The notes beneath the pieces are model-generated. The model was not told the DNA's origin and did no database searches. It saw nothing but the letters and a program-made list of their open reading frames with translations. Below are positions 32,001 to 44,000 of a DNA stretch of 64,000 bases, one piece after another. Source of the DNA: Candidatus Omnitrophota bacterium (lineage in GTDB: Bacteria > Omnitrophota > Gorgyraeia > Duberdicusellales > Duberdicusellaceae); assembly GCA_016932855.1 (NCBI GenBank), contig JAFGCB010000023.1, positions 4,825 through 68,824 on the forward strand, in the 5' to 3' direction. A program made the position numbers and the translations under genes. Position 1 is the stretch's first letter. Every line of letters starts with the position of its first letter.

Positions 32001-35000
32001 TTTGAATAATCCTGAAAACCGACTTGCCCTGCCGCTTTTTCGCCCTTTAAAGAAGACGAAATAATATTTTTCATTGGTGAACTGAAGCCGTTTCCGGATA
32101 AGGCTTTCTTTAGAATAATGGTGTAAGCTCCGGGCAAGCTTTTTCCGATTACATCAATACCACTAATATCAAAATTCAATTCTTGGGCTCTTTTGTATGC
32201 ATCATAGGGCTGATTATTTTGAAAACTGGCTCCGGCAAGAACAAAAAAACCTCCTTCTTCAATAATCTCCCAGCTATGCCTAAGACAAATTAAGAAAATT
32301 TTATCCATTTTCTGAAAAGGATAGCCGTAAACCCTATCCCAAAGGTTAGTTTTCTTAGCATGCAGACGGATAAAAAACGGCAAATTATACCAAATAGCGA
32401 CTGAACATTTATTATCTATCTCCGCTATCTGGGCTTTTATAAACTTAGCTTTTACTTTCTCTGCCTCTTTTGATGCCTGCCAGCTAATATGGCCGGAAGT
32501 TTCAGCCGGAAAATCAGCATCGAAGTTTATAACCTCATAATTATCGAATGAAAGAAGAGGCATAAAACCGCTACAGAGATTAAATACCGATGCCTTACCG
32601 GCTAGCCCCTCTTTAAAAGAAGGCATATTAAAAATAAGCTGGATATTAGCCTGCTGTTCGAATCTCTTAAGGTCTGGGTTTTTGATAAAATAATCATAAA
32701 AAGAAGCGCCTCGGCCATAATAGGTTATCGGCACTGCCCTACGTATTGCTGGAGCACCCCCGAGCAGTGTCTTCATCGGACTTGAGGCCTTCTTAGGCCT
32801 GACTATTATACATTTCTTGCCATTTGCACTATCCGGACGAATGCTAACTCTGGCATCCAGAATATCAAAATTAGGGTTCAAAGAATTAACCCCTCCTGAT
32901 TTGATCAAATGCTTACCTAAGTTATGGCATATATCCAGCTGACCAACCCCCTTAATTCCCCAGAAAAATTTTATCCGCCAAAACATAATACTACCGATGC
33001 CGAACTCCTCTGCCATTTCAACCAACTTATCAGGAAAGGAATGAAACATATAATCTAAAGGATCAACTGATTCTCTAAGAAACGACCAGATATCACCAAG
33101 GCCGTCTTTTTTTCGCAGGGACTGCCGAACCATAGCAGCGAATCCCGGCAAAGAACCTTCATTCTTCACCAACATTTCAATAAGAGTATGGTTATCGGTA
33201 TGTCCTCTAAAACATACGTCTACCTTCTTTTTGCGAGTAAAATCTAAGACGATAATCGTCCTTTGCTTTTGCCTATGAATTCTTACTGTTCGGCCAGAAT
33301 CCGCTGTTATATCCTGAACCTTAAGATTCCGATACCAGAGAATTCTTGACGCCCTCTGGATAGCCTTGATAATCTCCCTTATATCTGCATATCCGCTAGG
33401 ACTTTCAAGGAAACTCTTCTTTTTAAAAAGGCTTACAAGCTTTTTAAGAAGCCTTTGAAGCAATCCCCTAACCTCAGTAAAATAATTCAATATTTCCAAC
33501 TGCAATTCTTTCTTATTAATCGGTGAACTGCAAACGCCCTTAGAGGCTTTGCCCTTATTTATCCATTCATATGAAATAACCGGCAGCAATAAATCCTTGG
33601 CTCCTTTAGTCGCCAGCCATTGACCGCCAGGGCCAAGAGAACATATATTCCAATCTTGACCTACGGTTATGCTCTCCTTCTGTTTTCCGCCCCTTGCTAT
33701 TGTTATTGATAAAAATTTTACTTTGTAGCTGCGGCCCATCCTGTACATACCTTCAGTGCCATAGACACAGGGGATAACCACTGCGCCAAGGCCTCCCTTT
33801 TGGTTACAGGCAATGACCAATAGTTGGTCGATATTAATATTTCTGCAAACTTCGTTTATAATGTCTCGTAGTGCAACCTTCGATGCGCTCAGCTTTCTAT
33901 TATTTGTGGTTCCGTGTATTGCTATGGCAGGGCCTTCATAAAAATAGATCTTCTTTATTTTTGCTCCCCTTCCTTGGCTTTTCCATTCCACTAAAATAAA
34001 TCTGCCAAAAGGTAGATATTCGATAACACCATTTGGACGAAGATTCCCTGGACTAAGGCGTTCTACTTCATTGAGATAAAATCTAGTGGCCTTCTTTGCG
34101 TCTACAACAATAGTTGTAAGCTCGTTTCGACTAATATATTTATCCATGCTTATGCGGCCTGTTCTATTAGCTGACGTGTTTCTATTATTAAACTTTCGAT
34201 ACGCCTTATTCTTCAGCGGGGAACTGATCTCTTCCTCGGTCTTCTGCGCGCGATCCGTTGCAATCTTTACAAAACTGTTTGAATCAATTTTGTAAAGTTT
34301 AATCAGGGGCGAGCTGATTGGCTTGCCATCAACGAAATAAATAGAAGCGTCCCCTTTTTTAATAATCTCGCCGAGCTTTAATAAATCTTCTACCGAAACC
34401 GTTATGAACTTTATCTTTCCTCTTATATTTAAATTGAAAAATACTTTATCGGAACAAGATAAAATGCTGGGCTTCTCATAAAGATACCTTACCGCTTCTA
34501 TGTACCTTCTTAATTGCTTAATTTGGGACAAATACCTGTACGGACTCGTTAAGAACAGATTTCTACCCGTCTGGCCATAACACAGAGTCGACTTAACAAA
34601 GTCTCTTCGCAGCCTTTTAACCGGATAGCCGTAGCGTATGGCTATGGCTGCGTGGTTATCAAATTCGCCTCCGAAAAATATCTTACCTTCACTGGGATTT
34701 ATCAATACTGCCGTACCGGGCTCCGGAAAAGAATCATCAATAACTTTCCTTTCTTCAAGCCAATCGAATATTTTGCCTATAGAAAATTTGAAATTGGCCG
34801 GGCTTGAAGATTCTTGCCGGTCAAAGCTCTTTATCTTTCTTTTAACCTCTTTTAAAGTACGCTTCTGCCATCTCTTTACGCGATTTGTCTCTAAGTCCTC
34901 GTCGGAGAAAGCTCCGAATGTCTCTGAACACAAGACATCTTTTCCCAATACCTCTGCTGTGAATATCGCCCTTTCTTTTGTAAAGACTCCTTCAACCGTA

Positions 35001-38000
35001 ACTCTTACAAAGTTGCCCTTTTCAATGCATAATTGCAATATACCCATTGGAGTATTGGCCGGTTGCAAGACCGAAGATTGATCGATATCCGATAAATTCG
35101 TAAGAAAAATTCGAAGTTTACTCTTAGCTTCCGCCAATTCTAGTTTCTTAAAAATATAACTGAATGCCCTGCTTTCTAAGGCATGAATCATGAAAGGCGC
35201 TTTAAAAATAAAAGTTGATTGTCTAAAGGGGGCTCTTTCGTATTTCTTTGCCGGGCTTGAGGCTTTTTCCACCCGTAAAAATAATTGGCCGTTTACCGTC
35301 ATCTCCAGCGAGGAAAGCCCGTCTAAAACAAAAAGAGGCGATCTATAAAGGTCGCAAAAATAAACCCTTGCTTTCAGCTGGTTCTCTAACTTATAGGCTC
35401 TTAGTATATAACCTTTGTTATATACCTCTTCGCGCATGGCAAATAAAAAATCTCTTATCTCGATTAGATGAGTGTTTTTGTCATCCAGGTTAGCGAGAAA
35501 ATACTCGGGCTGATCCTCGGGGAACTTGACAGCCTCGAGGGTCTTTACAAAACGCATATCGCTAGACTCTTTCTCGATGTCTTTTATCTTCTTCCAGTAT
35601 TTTTCTACAAGATCAGGATTTGCGTCTATTAAGGCCTGAGTATACAGTGCCCCCGCGATGCCCAATTCGTCTTTAAGCGTATGAATTAGCCTTTTTTCTT
35701 CGGAACTGTATAAATAATCCGGATAAGAATGTAAATCATATTCCAACGGCCAGTCAAATATCTTGAAATCAAAAGGCAATACCGGCAAAACCTCACTTGC
35801 TTCATCCCAGCCCATTTCAATAACTACCGGAAAACTGGAAGAAGTCGTCTTCTGAACTAAACGCATTCCTTCTGTTTTGATGGCTATATCGACCTTTCTA
35901 TTAAAATACAAACTTCTAAGTTTTAATATACGATGAGAAAGATAAACCCGCTGCCAGTAATCCGGGGTGTTGAACAAATTAGTAAATAAATTCAAGAAAT
36001 CCAGGATTAAGGATTTAAAATCCGCTAAAGAAATATCTTCTTTAATAAATGATTTCCTTAAACCTGGTGTTAATTCTATGGGAAACGTCTGATTAAAAGC
36101 AGAACTTACTTTATATCTCCTGAAACCCCGCCCAATCGGGCTTGACAAAGTAGGAGAAAAGAGGTCGGGGCGCGCCCCGTAAATACCGATTTCTCGGGAA
36201 ACGAGGCAAGCTGGAGCACCTGCAACCCTGCCTGGCCGGCAGGCAGGCACGTAGAGGCTACTCCGGGGAATTACGCGCCCGAACCAAATAAAGTCAAAAA
36301 TAGAGGCAGCCCTCACCAACCAAGATAAAGACTGCCTCGGGACGTGGTGAAACTTTACGTCCCTGCTTACAGGGTAAATGAAAGGAAATACATTTGAGCT
36401 TACGCCAAGCTTGGCTAGCCGGCTCCCTAAAGGTGAGGAATTCTGCCCAGCAGGAAAAATAAGTATTTGGACTCCCGGAATTAAAGACTCTCCTGCCTCC
36501 CAAAATGTGTGTTTAATACCCAAAATATATCTATCCGGGGATTGCAAGATTCTCCAATCATGAGAAAGTGAATTATAATCAGGCAGATTCTCAAATGCAT
36601 TTAAAGCAACTTTCTGTGCGATTTTGTCTTTTCCTTGAAGCTTTAAAGGATTTGGCAGAAAATCACCGATCAAAGTTTTTTCTTTTACAACAAATCGGCC
36701 AATACCTAAAAAGGTTCCACTGGCCAGCAAATCCTTGTCTCCATCAAAAGAAGCAAGTGAAACTGTATAACGGCCGGGCTTAGTCTCCTCTCTTGCCCCG
36801 TATTCACTAAAGATACGTCCTAATCTAATTCCAAGCATCGATGCTTCTTCAAGTTCCGCAAGGCAAGGCGTCACTACGGTCAACTCTTCTTGCAAGCCTT
36901 GTCTATCCCAAATTAATTTAAGCATCCTGAAGCTTTTACTCTCAGGATGTAAGGGGTCAAGCCGGGCATATTCAATAGAGGAAAACCCTCCGTCATTTCC
37001 CATGGGCCTTATCGGGCTCGAGGACTCAGAAGTTTTACCATTGAGCATAAATCTTATATACAAGACTCCGGTCTTAAAAGTATCGCCGGGATTTTTAAAG
37101 TAATCGTAAAGATAAAAATCTCCTCTTTTAATAACCTCTTTAGGGCTGTTAACCTTGGTATAGCTCTGCTCCCTTAATGCTTCTCCTAAAACCGCGCCCC
37201 AGATATGGGCCTTTTGGACAAAGCCGTCAGGTAACTCAATTCTTATTCTCTTACCTAGCTTAGCCCAATAAAATCGGAATGGATTTTTAATCAAAAATGT
37301 GTCTAGTCCGAAACATTCCAGCCCTTTGGGAAAAGAACCCCTGTTTACCATAAAAGGCAAGTTAAATAAAGTCCTCACCTTAGCTTCTTTCTTGCTGCAC
37401 TCTGAAAGCGATATGTTAGGCTTATCTTTCCTGGAGTTAGCAATTATCTCGCCGTCGTTTACAGGATAGAAAAATCCGGAGGTTACCTTCTCGGAAAGAG
37501 GGCTTGAAGAAACAGCCTCTGCCTGACTAAGATATAATTTATACTTTTCTCTGATTTCTTGTGCTTTAGGGTGTTTAGCCCAAAGCATCCTAAGACGGTT
37601 TTCTACTTCCGGATCCGAGATGTCGAAATTTTCTAACATTACACTGCGGAAATACTTGACCACTTCGGGGCATGAAAGCTTATTTATTTTCCTGGAAGCC
37701 GTGCTTATTTTTCTATCCGCTGAAGCACCTATGTGGATAAGAGCGTCTTCTAGCGAACTTGGAAAGTACCAATCTCCGGCATCGTAGTGTCCACCCTTGC
37801 CCGAAACTTCACAAAAGTTATTCATTGTAAAAGCACTAAGCACAATACCTAAATCCCAGAACGAAAGCTTAGCTTCAACTACATAGTCGATTATTGTCTT
37901 TGCCTCAGCTACAGAGAATGAGCTTCTCTGTTTTAAAAAAGATAAGGCTTTACTTGATGGTATAATAGCAGCCTGAAGGACTTTCCTGCTTTTGGTATTC

Positions 38001-41000
38001 TTATAGCTAACTCCTAACCTTTTGATTAATACGGGAAAATTAAGCAAAATTTTTGTTTCCGGGCAAATACCTTCAAATACTATATACTCTTCTGCTATTC
38101 GATAAGCAGCTAAAAATCTTCTTTTCTCTTTAAAGGCGCCTGATAGACTGCTCATTGGTGTAGTAAACAAAATCCCTAAGAATCTTAAAAACATTATTCC
38201 TAATATTTTTAATTTAGAAAAAGATGATATTTTTTCCAAATCAGCAATATTAATATGGCTGGCCTTCTCTCTTATCAGAGAATCAAAATATTTTTTTGAT
38301 GCACCCAGTTTAAAAATCCTGTTACATAAAGATACATAGCTTTGTCGCATGCTGCTCAACCAAAATGCAAATACTGAGCGCTTTATCTTAACCACAATAC
38401 CCTCGCCCTCAAGAAGCCAAGCCGAACATTCCCAGCCTTTGCCTATAAATACAAGTGGCTTTTTAGAGGTAATCTTTAAAGGCGAAGAGGTAATATCATT
38501 GGCTGAAGACAGCCGTGATAATCTTATCGCATAAGTGCGTATATTGCTATTGTCCGGGGCAAGCATGTAGGCTTGCTGTGAATACTTTATCATCGGAGCA
38601 AAAAATACAGGATCGTTTGTTAAAACTAAGGCATGAGAAAATCCTCCTGATATTCCATATAACAAGTGACCTAGAATGCGGCCCAATGCTTTTCGATCCC
38701 TGTGTATTCCAAAACCAGCATCTACTAGCACCTTCTCGTCCACAGCTGTTTCGGCATCCCCGCTTAACCCTAAAAATTTATGCACATCTTCCCTGTGAAT
38801 GCTAAAATCCAAAATCTCAATCTTTGCATTGGCCAACAGACGGCCTAAAAATACATGGGGACTACCTTTCGGATTCGCAAAGTCTATAGAGGCTAAGCTG
38901 GAGCCATTGTTATACCCAAGTCGATCTAAGAGAAAATAGCCGAATAAATGACTCATAGCGCAGTGAGATAAGAAATGTTTAGTAAGCCATTTCCCTCCTA
39001 TCTCCATACCCCTTCCAAAAAGCTTGGCATCCTCATCTTCCAAGATGTTTAATAAAATCCCTAAATTATCGGCAAAAATGCTCTTAGCTTCCGGACTCTC
39101 GTCTTCAAAATAGTCTATTCCGCATCTGTAAGTACTGGCTTCGACAACGCTTGCTATATGGCCGTCTAAGCTATAATCCATAATAAAGGAATCGATAATT
39201 CCCAAGATTAAACCTGATTCATAGATTCTTTTTTTGTATTTTTTTATAAGCTCGGCGGGATTCTGATCAACGACAATTAATTTGGTAGGGCTGCAAAGAG
39301 CCAACGATATATTACTGACTACCGGCGGGCCGTTAATGACTCCTCTTTTAACAAACCAGTTATTTAAAACTGTATGTATATTTATAAATCTTAAAATTCC
39401 CCTATTGCTGCAAAATACCGCCTGCCTTACAGGTTCTCCTTTAAGTAGGCCGGAAAATAAGCCAGGGCTCTGTAAATTCAGACTCATCTTCTTAAACACT
39501 ATATCCGGCACAGGTAAGGGAGAATTTGACTGGTAAGGAATCTCACTTATTAGAATCTCCTGCGGCTTCTGTTTAAACCGGAAATGAAAACCGCAAAATT
39601 GCACATGTTCGTCTCTTACGGCTAGAGACCTTTCTATGGGCACAATCCGGATTACCTGAACAGGGATAGATGCTGTTGGCGAAGCGGATTGACTGTTTTG
39701 GATATCTTCCAGAAGAGAAATTACTGCATTAAATTTGTCATTATAAGATTTTGCTTTCTCCCGGCTGATATTGATTAATCTAGCCCAGGCCTGTATGCCG
39801 TTTTGAACTTTTTCCTTCTCCTCTAAATCTGTGATTGATTCAATCTTTCCTAAATTAGGAATCACCTCTTCTTTAAAAGGAATATGGTCAAGACATAACA
39901 CATGCCTAATTGAAAAAATCTCTCTTGTAATATCTCTGTAATCCTTAATAATACCTCGCTCAATTAAGCTACGTAAAGTCGTTAAAGCAGTCTCTACCTG
40001 CTCTTCTAGCTGTGTAATTATTCGATCTTGCGCTGGAGAAGAAAAGGTTGGGGATTCGGATTCTAGACTACCAGAAGACCAGCGGATAACAACCTCCCGA
40101 AAAAGAGCACGCAGAGCCAGAATCGCATCACGACGACTTACGAAATTAAGGGTATTTATAGCCTCCATGAAATTCTTATTTCTGGCTTGAGATTCACTAA
40201 GTCTATCAATTATCATTAGAATACGGTCTCTGCCGGAGCCTTTAAATTTCATAAAAGAACTAACTCTGGCTGATCCCATGATGATTTCAATGGCTGCCTT
40301 AATATCATCTCTATTGCCGGGTAAATTTATCAATTCATCCCCTAGTTCGTCTATATCTTTTATCCCGGAATACTTCTGCCGATAGGCCTGTTCTCCATCC
40401 CAGGGAGCAGACGTCCGTAAATCGTAGTCCCCAAGATTCTTTTGCGGAAAAAAGAGCAACGTCTCTTTCATCGACGGTATTATTCTTCTAAAGAATTGGT
40501 CGTAATCTTCTCCCTGACTGGTTACAATTTGACCTATCCGCCCAAGCCAATTATCCCTCCATATCACTTTATCAGCTGGAGAACTGGCAACCGGGGTTAA
40601 TTGATACAAAACACCCCGCTTTGTTCCCAGCGAACAAGGCACTGAAACAAACTTACAAGAAGTAGGCAAAACTTTACCGCCCTCAATAACCCTTTGTATC
40701 ATGACATACAAGAAAGGAATCTGGTCTGAATAGAAAATTTCTCCTGTTTTCGGGTTTCTTCCTCCCATAAATTCCGGCACGCTGAAAAGAATCGTCCCCT
40801 CGGCTCTATTTTTAACCCTGGCTATTCCTTCGACAATCTTGCCGATCTTATCAGGCCGCCAGGTAGGAGGAGCTTTAGAGGAAAGCTGGGCGTTAAGTTG
40901 ACTCGGAGTTATGACATCCGTAGCAACTACATGCGTAAATGCGCCTTTAAGAGTGTTTTGAATTTCGAATCTTGAAAAATCTCCCTCAATAAGATGAAAA

Positions 41001-44000
41001 CTGCCGCCTGCCGCCGAGATAGAAGATTTAAGCTCGCTATATCTTAGCTTCAATGCTGCTATGACTTCGGGTTTTTTCTCAACGCTTACGGCATTCGCTC
41101 CGAAAAGTGCAGCGATAAAAGAAAAACCGCCAAATAAGCCGCTTCCTATATCAAGTAAAGTATCCTTGGGTTTTATTCCCATGCTCTGCACAGTGTATCT
41201 GCCTCTTTCAAAAAGAAGCCCCTCATAGAAATGGCCGCCACCGTCAAATACCAGATCTTTCTTTTGCCATTCTTTCATCCAAGCCGCACCGGAAGGGATA
41301 TGCTGCACGAATACCCGGCGTATCTCTTCTTGAGCAGCCCTGCTGAGAGGCGAAGAACTTGCACCCGAAGTGCCCCATGCCGGTTCGTCTAACCCACCCG
41401 GTCTATAAGCCCTGCCGGTAAGTTCATCGATAGCGTAACCTTGACTTATTAAATCCTGCCGGGTCTGCGTGGATACGTATCTTTCAAATGGCCTTATCTT
41501 ATCAATATTATCAATCGGCGGCGGATTCCTATAAATACGGTCATCTCTATTCCTGTAAAACTCTTTCTCTATTTCCTTAAAACTTAAAGGAATACCTGCT
41601 TTAGCTAAATCCTCTTTGGTAAAAATCGGCTCATTAACTCCTATGGCCTTAAAGCAGTTTTCGCTTTCCGGATGTAATCCGGCTAAGACCAAGGCTGCGT
41701 ACTGGGTAAGATAAAGACGCGTTTCCGGATATTGCAGGGCCAAAGACCAGTAATCAGGGGGTGAAACTCCTACACGCAGAGGCCCAAGCACTTCTCCGGC
41801 TGCCCTCCTAATTACCGCCGGATCAAACATACGCAAGATATTTAAAGGATCATCATATACAGCGGTAACGCCCCTGGATATCTCCTCCTTAACAAGATTT
41901 CTTGCCCTATTAAGGTCCTCTTCTCCGTCTGCCTCCAGAATTCCGCGCACAAAACGATTGCTGGAAACTTTTATCAGCGCTTCATCCTCGTAGAGAAACC
42001 CGTCATAGAGAAAAGTCATAGGCATTTTAATTCTGTTCTTTGACTTAGGATGCTTATTGAACCTTTCATACAAATTAGGATGCAATAAAGGATTTAATAA
42101 TATATCCCTATCCGTAAGAAGAAGACCTCTGCCTATTTTTTGTACCGGCTGGTTAAGAAGAAGCACTTCGTAGCTGCTGTTTTTGAATCTAATGCGGCCT
42201 TCTAATAAAACCTCAAAGGACCCCCCTGAGTCCGAAGTCACCTTAACGGATTCTTTGGTGTATAATAGCGGCTTTAAGGAGCGGTTAGCAAGCTCCTTAA
42301 GCAATTCATCTAATGTATCAAGGGGCATCGATAAATGCAGATTCATTCCGACTTTAATCTCGGGGAATTCCTGAACTACGACCTGTATAATATTTGCAAG
42401 ATATTTTATCGGTAAGGTATCTACGATTTGCCCGTCGCTATTCATATGTCTATTTCTATGGAAAGCATCGCCGGTAAAACTTAAGATTATAAAAACCGGC
42501 TTTTTGCCCCTGGTTTTTCGCTGTAGGTTAGTTTGCCAGATTTCAGATATATTATCTCTTGCATCATCTAATGTTTTTGCCCAGAAACCGCTTGTGCCCA
42601 TGGTCAGAAAATCCGTTTTCGTTTCCAAAATAGCCAACTTGATAAGATCTTTTAAAAGCCAAGGGTCACCGCCGGTAAGAAGAGGCGGAATTCCTGCCTC
42701 ATAAGCCCAATCCAGGGCTCCCAACAACTCAGCCTTGCTTAAAACACCTCTTCTATACAAAAATCCGAGTTGACAATGCCGGCAGGGAAGAACGCAGCGG
42801 CCGGTAAGAACTATTACAAATGGCTCAAAATTGCCGAACATTGAATCTTTAAATCTATTGTTGAGTAAACCGATTATCTTTAATCTCTTCCTATCTAACC
42901 GGCTGTCAATGAAAGAATAGACGTACTTTTCTTTGGCGACTACGCGTTCTTTTTCATGCAAGTATTCCTGCCGGTTCCAGAGCTGATAATTATGCTGGAT
43001 GAGCTTGACTAAAGGATAGACTTGGGCCGCCTCGCAACCTGCGAGATATTCGCCAGCTTGAACAAACATCTCAAACCCTTCCGCGTTATCGATAATATGC
43101 TGGCCGATATAAACAAATCTCTGAAAATCGGAATCGATTTCGGCGATAGGGATCAACCATCGTAAATGAAAAGATCCCTCAAAACTTATCGAATCGATGA
43201 ATTCCAACTGCTTAGATCTGGGGATTTCTTCCCGCAAAAAGTTTACTGCATATAATAGCAAGGCTAAATTAGTAAAGGCTGGCTCTAATAAATCATCCTG
43301 CCCAATATTATGATTGACCATATCATTGAAAATTAAAAACGCCGAAGAAAAAACCCTATTCTTTTCAGAAAGGTATTGGTCTAAAGGATCCTGAATGGGT
43401 CCGGGTAATATTTCCTTTCCGGAAGCCCCGCTTGTACTTTTTGCTTTAATAATGGGTTCTACTGTTTGACCGGACTGGTAAAGTTTAATAAGCTCTCTTA
43501 AGCCTAAAGCCTTCTCACGCGGCTTTCCCATCTGCTTTCTAAGCTCTTGCTTTTTGTGTTCCTTTCTCTGAGTTCTAAGCTTCATCTGTTTCTGGGCTCT
43601 TCTTTTTGCCGCCTGCTTATTCTTCTTCTTAGCCGGGGAGCTTAAGGCCGTATCCTGGAAAATGGAAGATAGTGAGCTTTCTGCCTTAATCATACGGGAA
43701 GTTATTATTGTCTTTCTTATAAACTTTTTTATCTCTCTTAAGCTTGTTACTGCTTCCTGATGGTTCGGTATTACTATAATATCCTGGCCGCTGTTTATAA
43801 GCCTGGCGACCATTAACATTTCTTCGCTCTCTCTTCTTAGATACAGAAGCCCAAGACTTTTCGGACCTTTATAGGGCTGTAAAAACAACCTGCCGCTTGC
43901 TTTTTCAATCTTATTTTCTATCCGCTGTGTTGAAGAATAAAAAACAAAGCAGTCTCTTCCGCCTTCGCTTTTCAGACTGACTCCTCTTATCGAAAGTATG

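Noticed and set aside
14454-34360. Junction repeats or palindromes as a CRISPR array
   Set aside because: Copies are mostly separated by hundreds to thousands of bases of coding sequence, spacing is irregular, and no cas genes are present.
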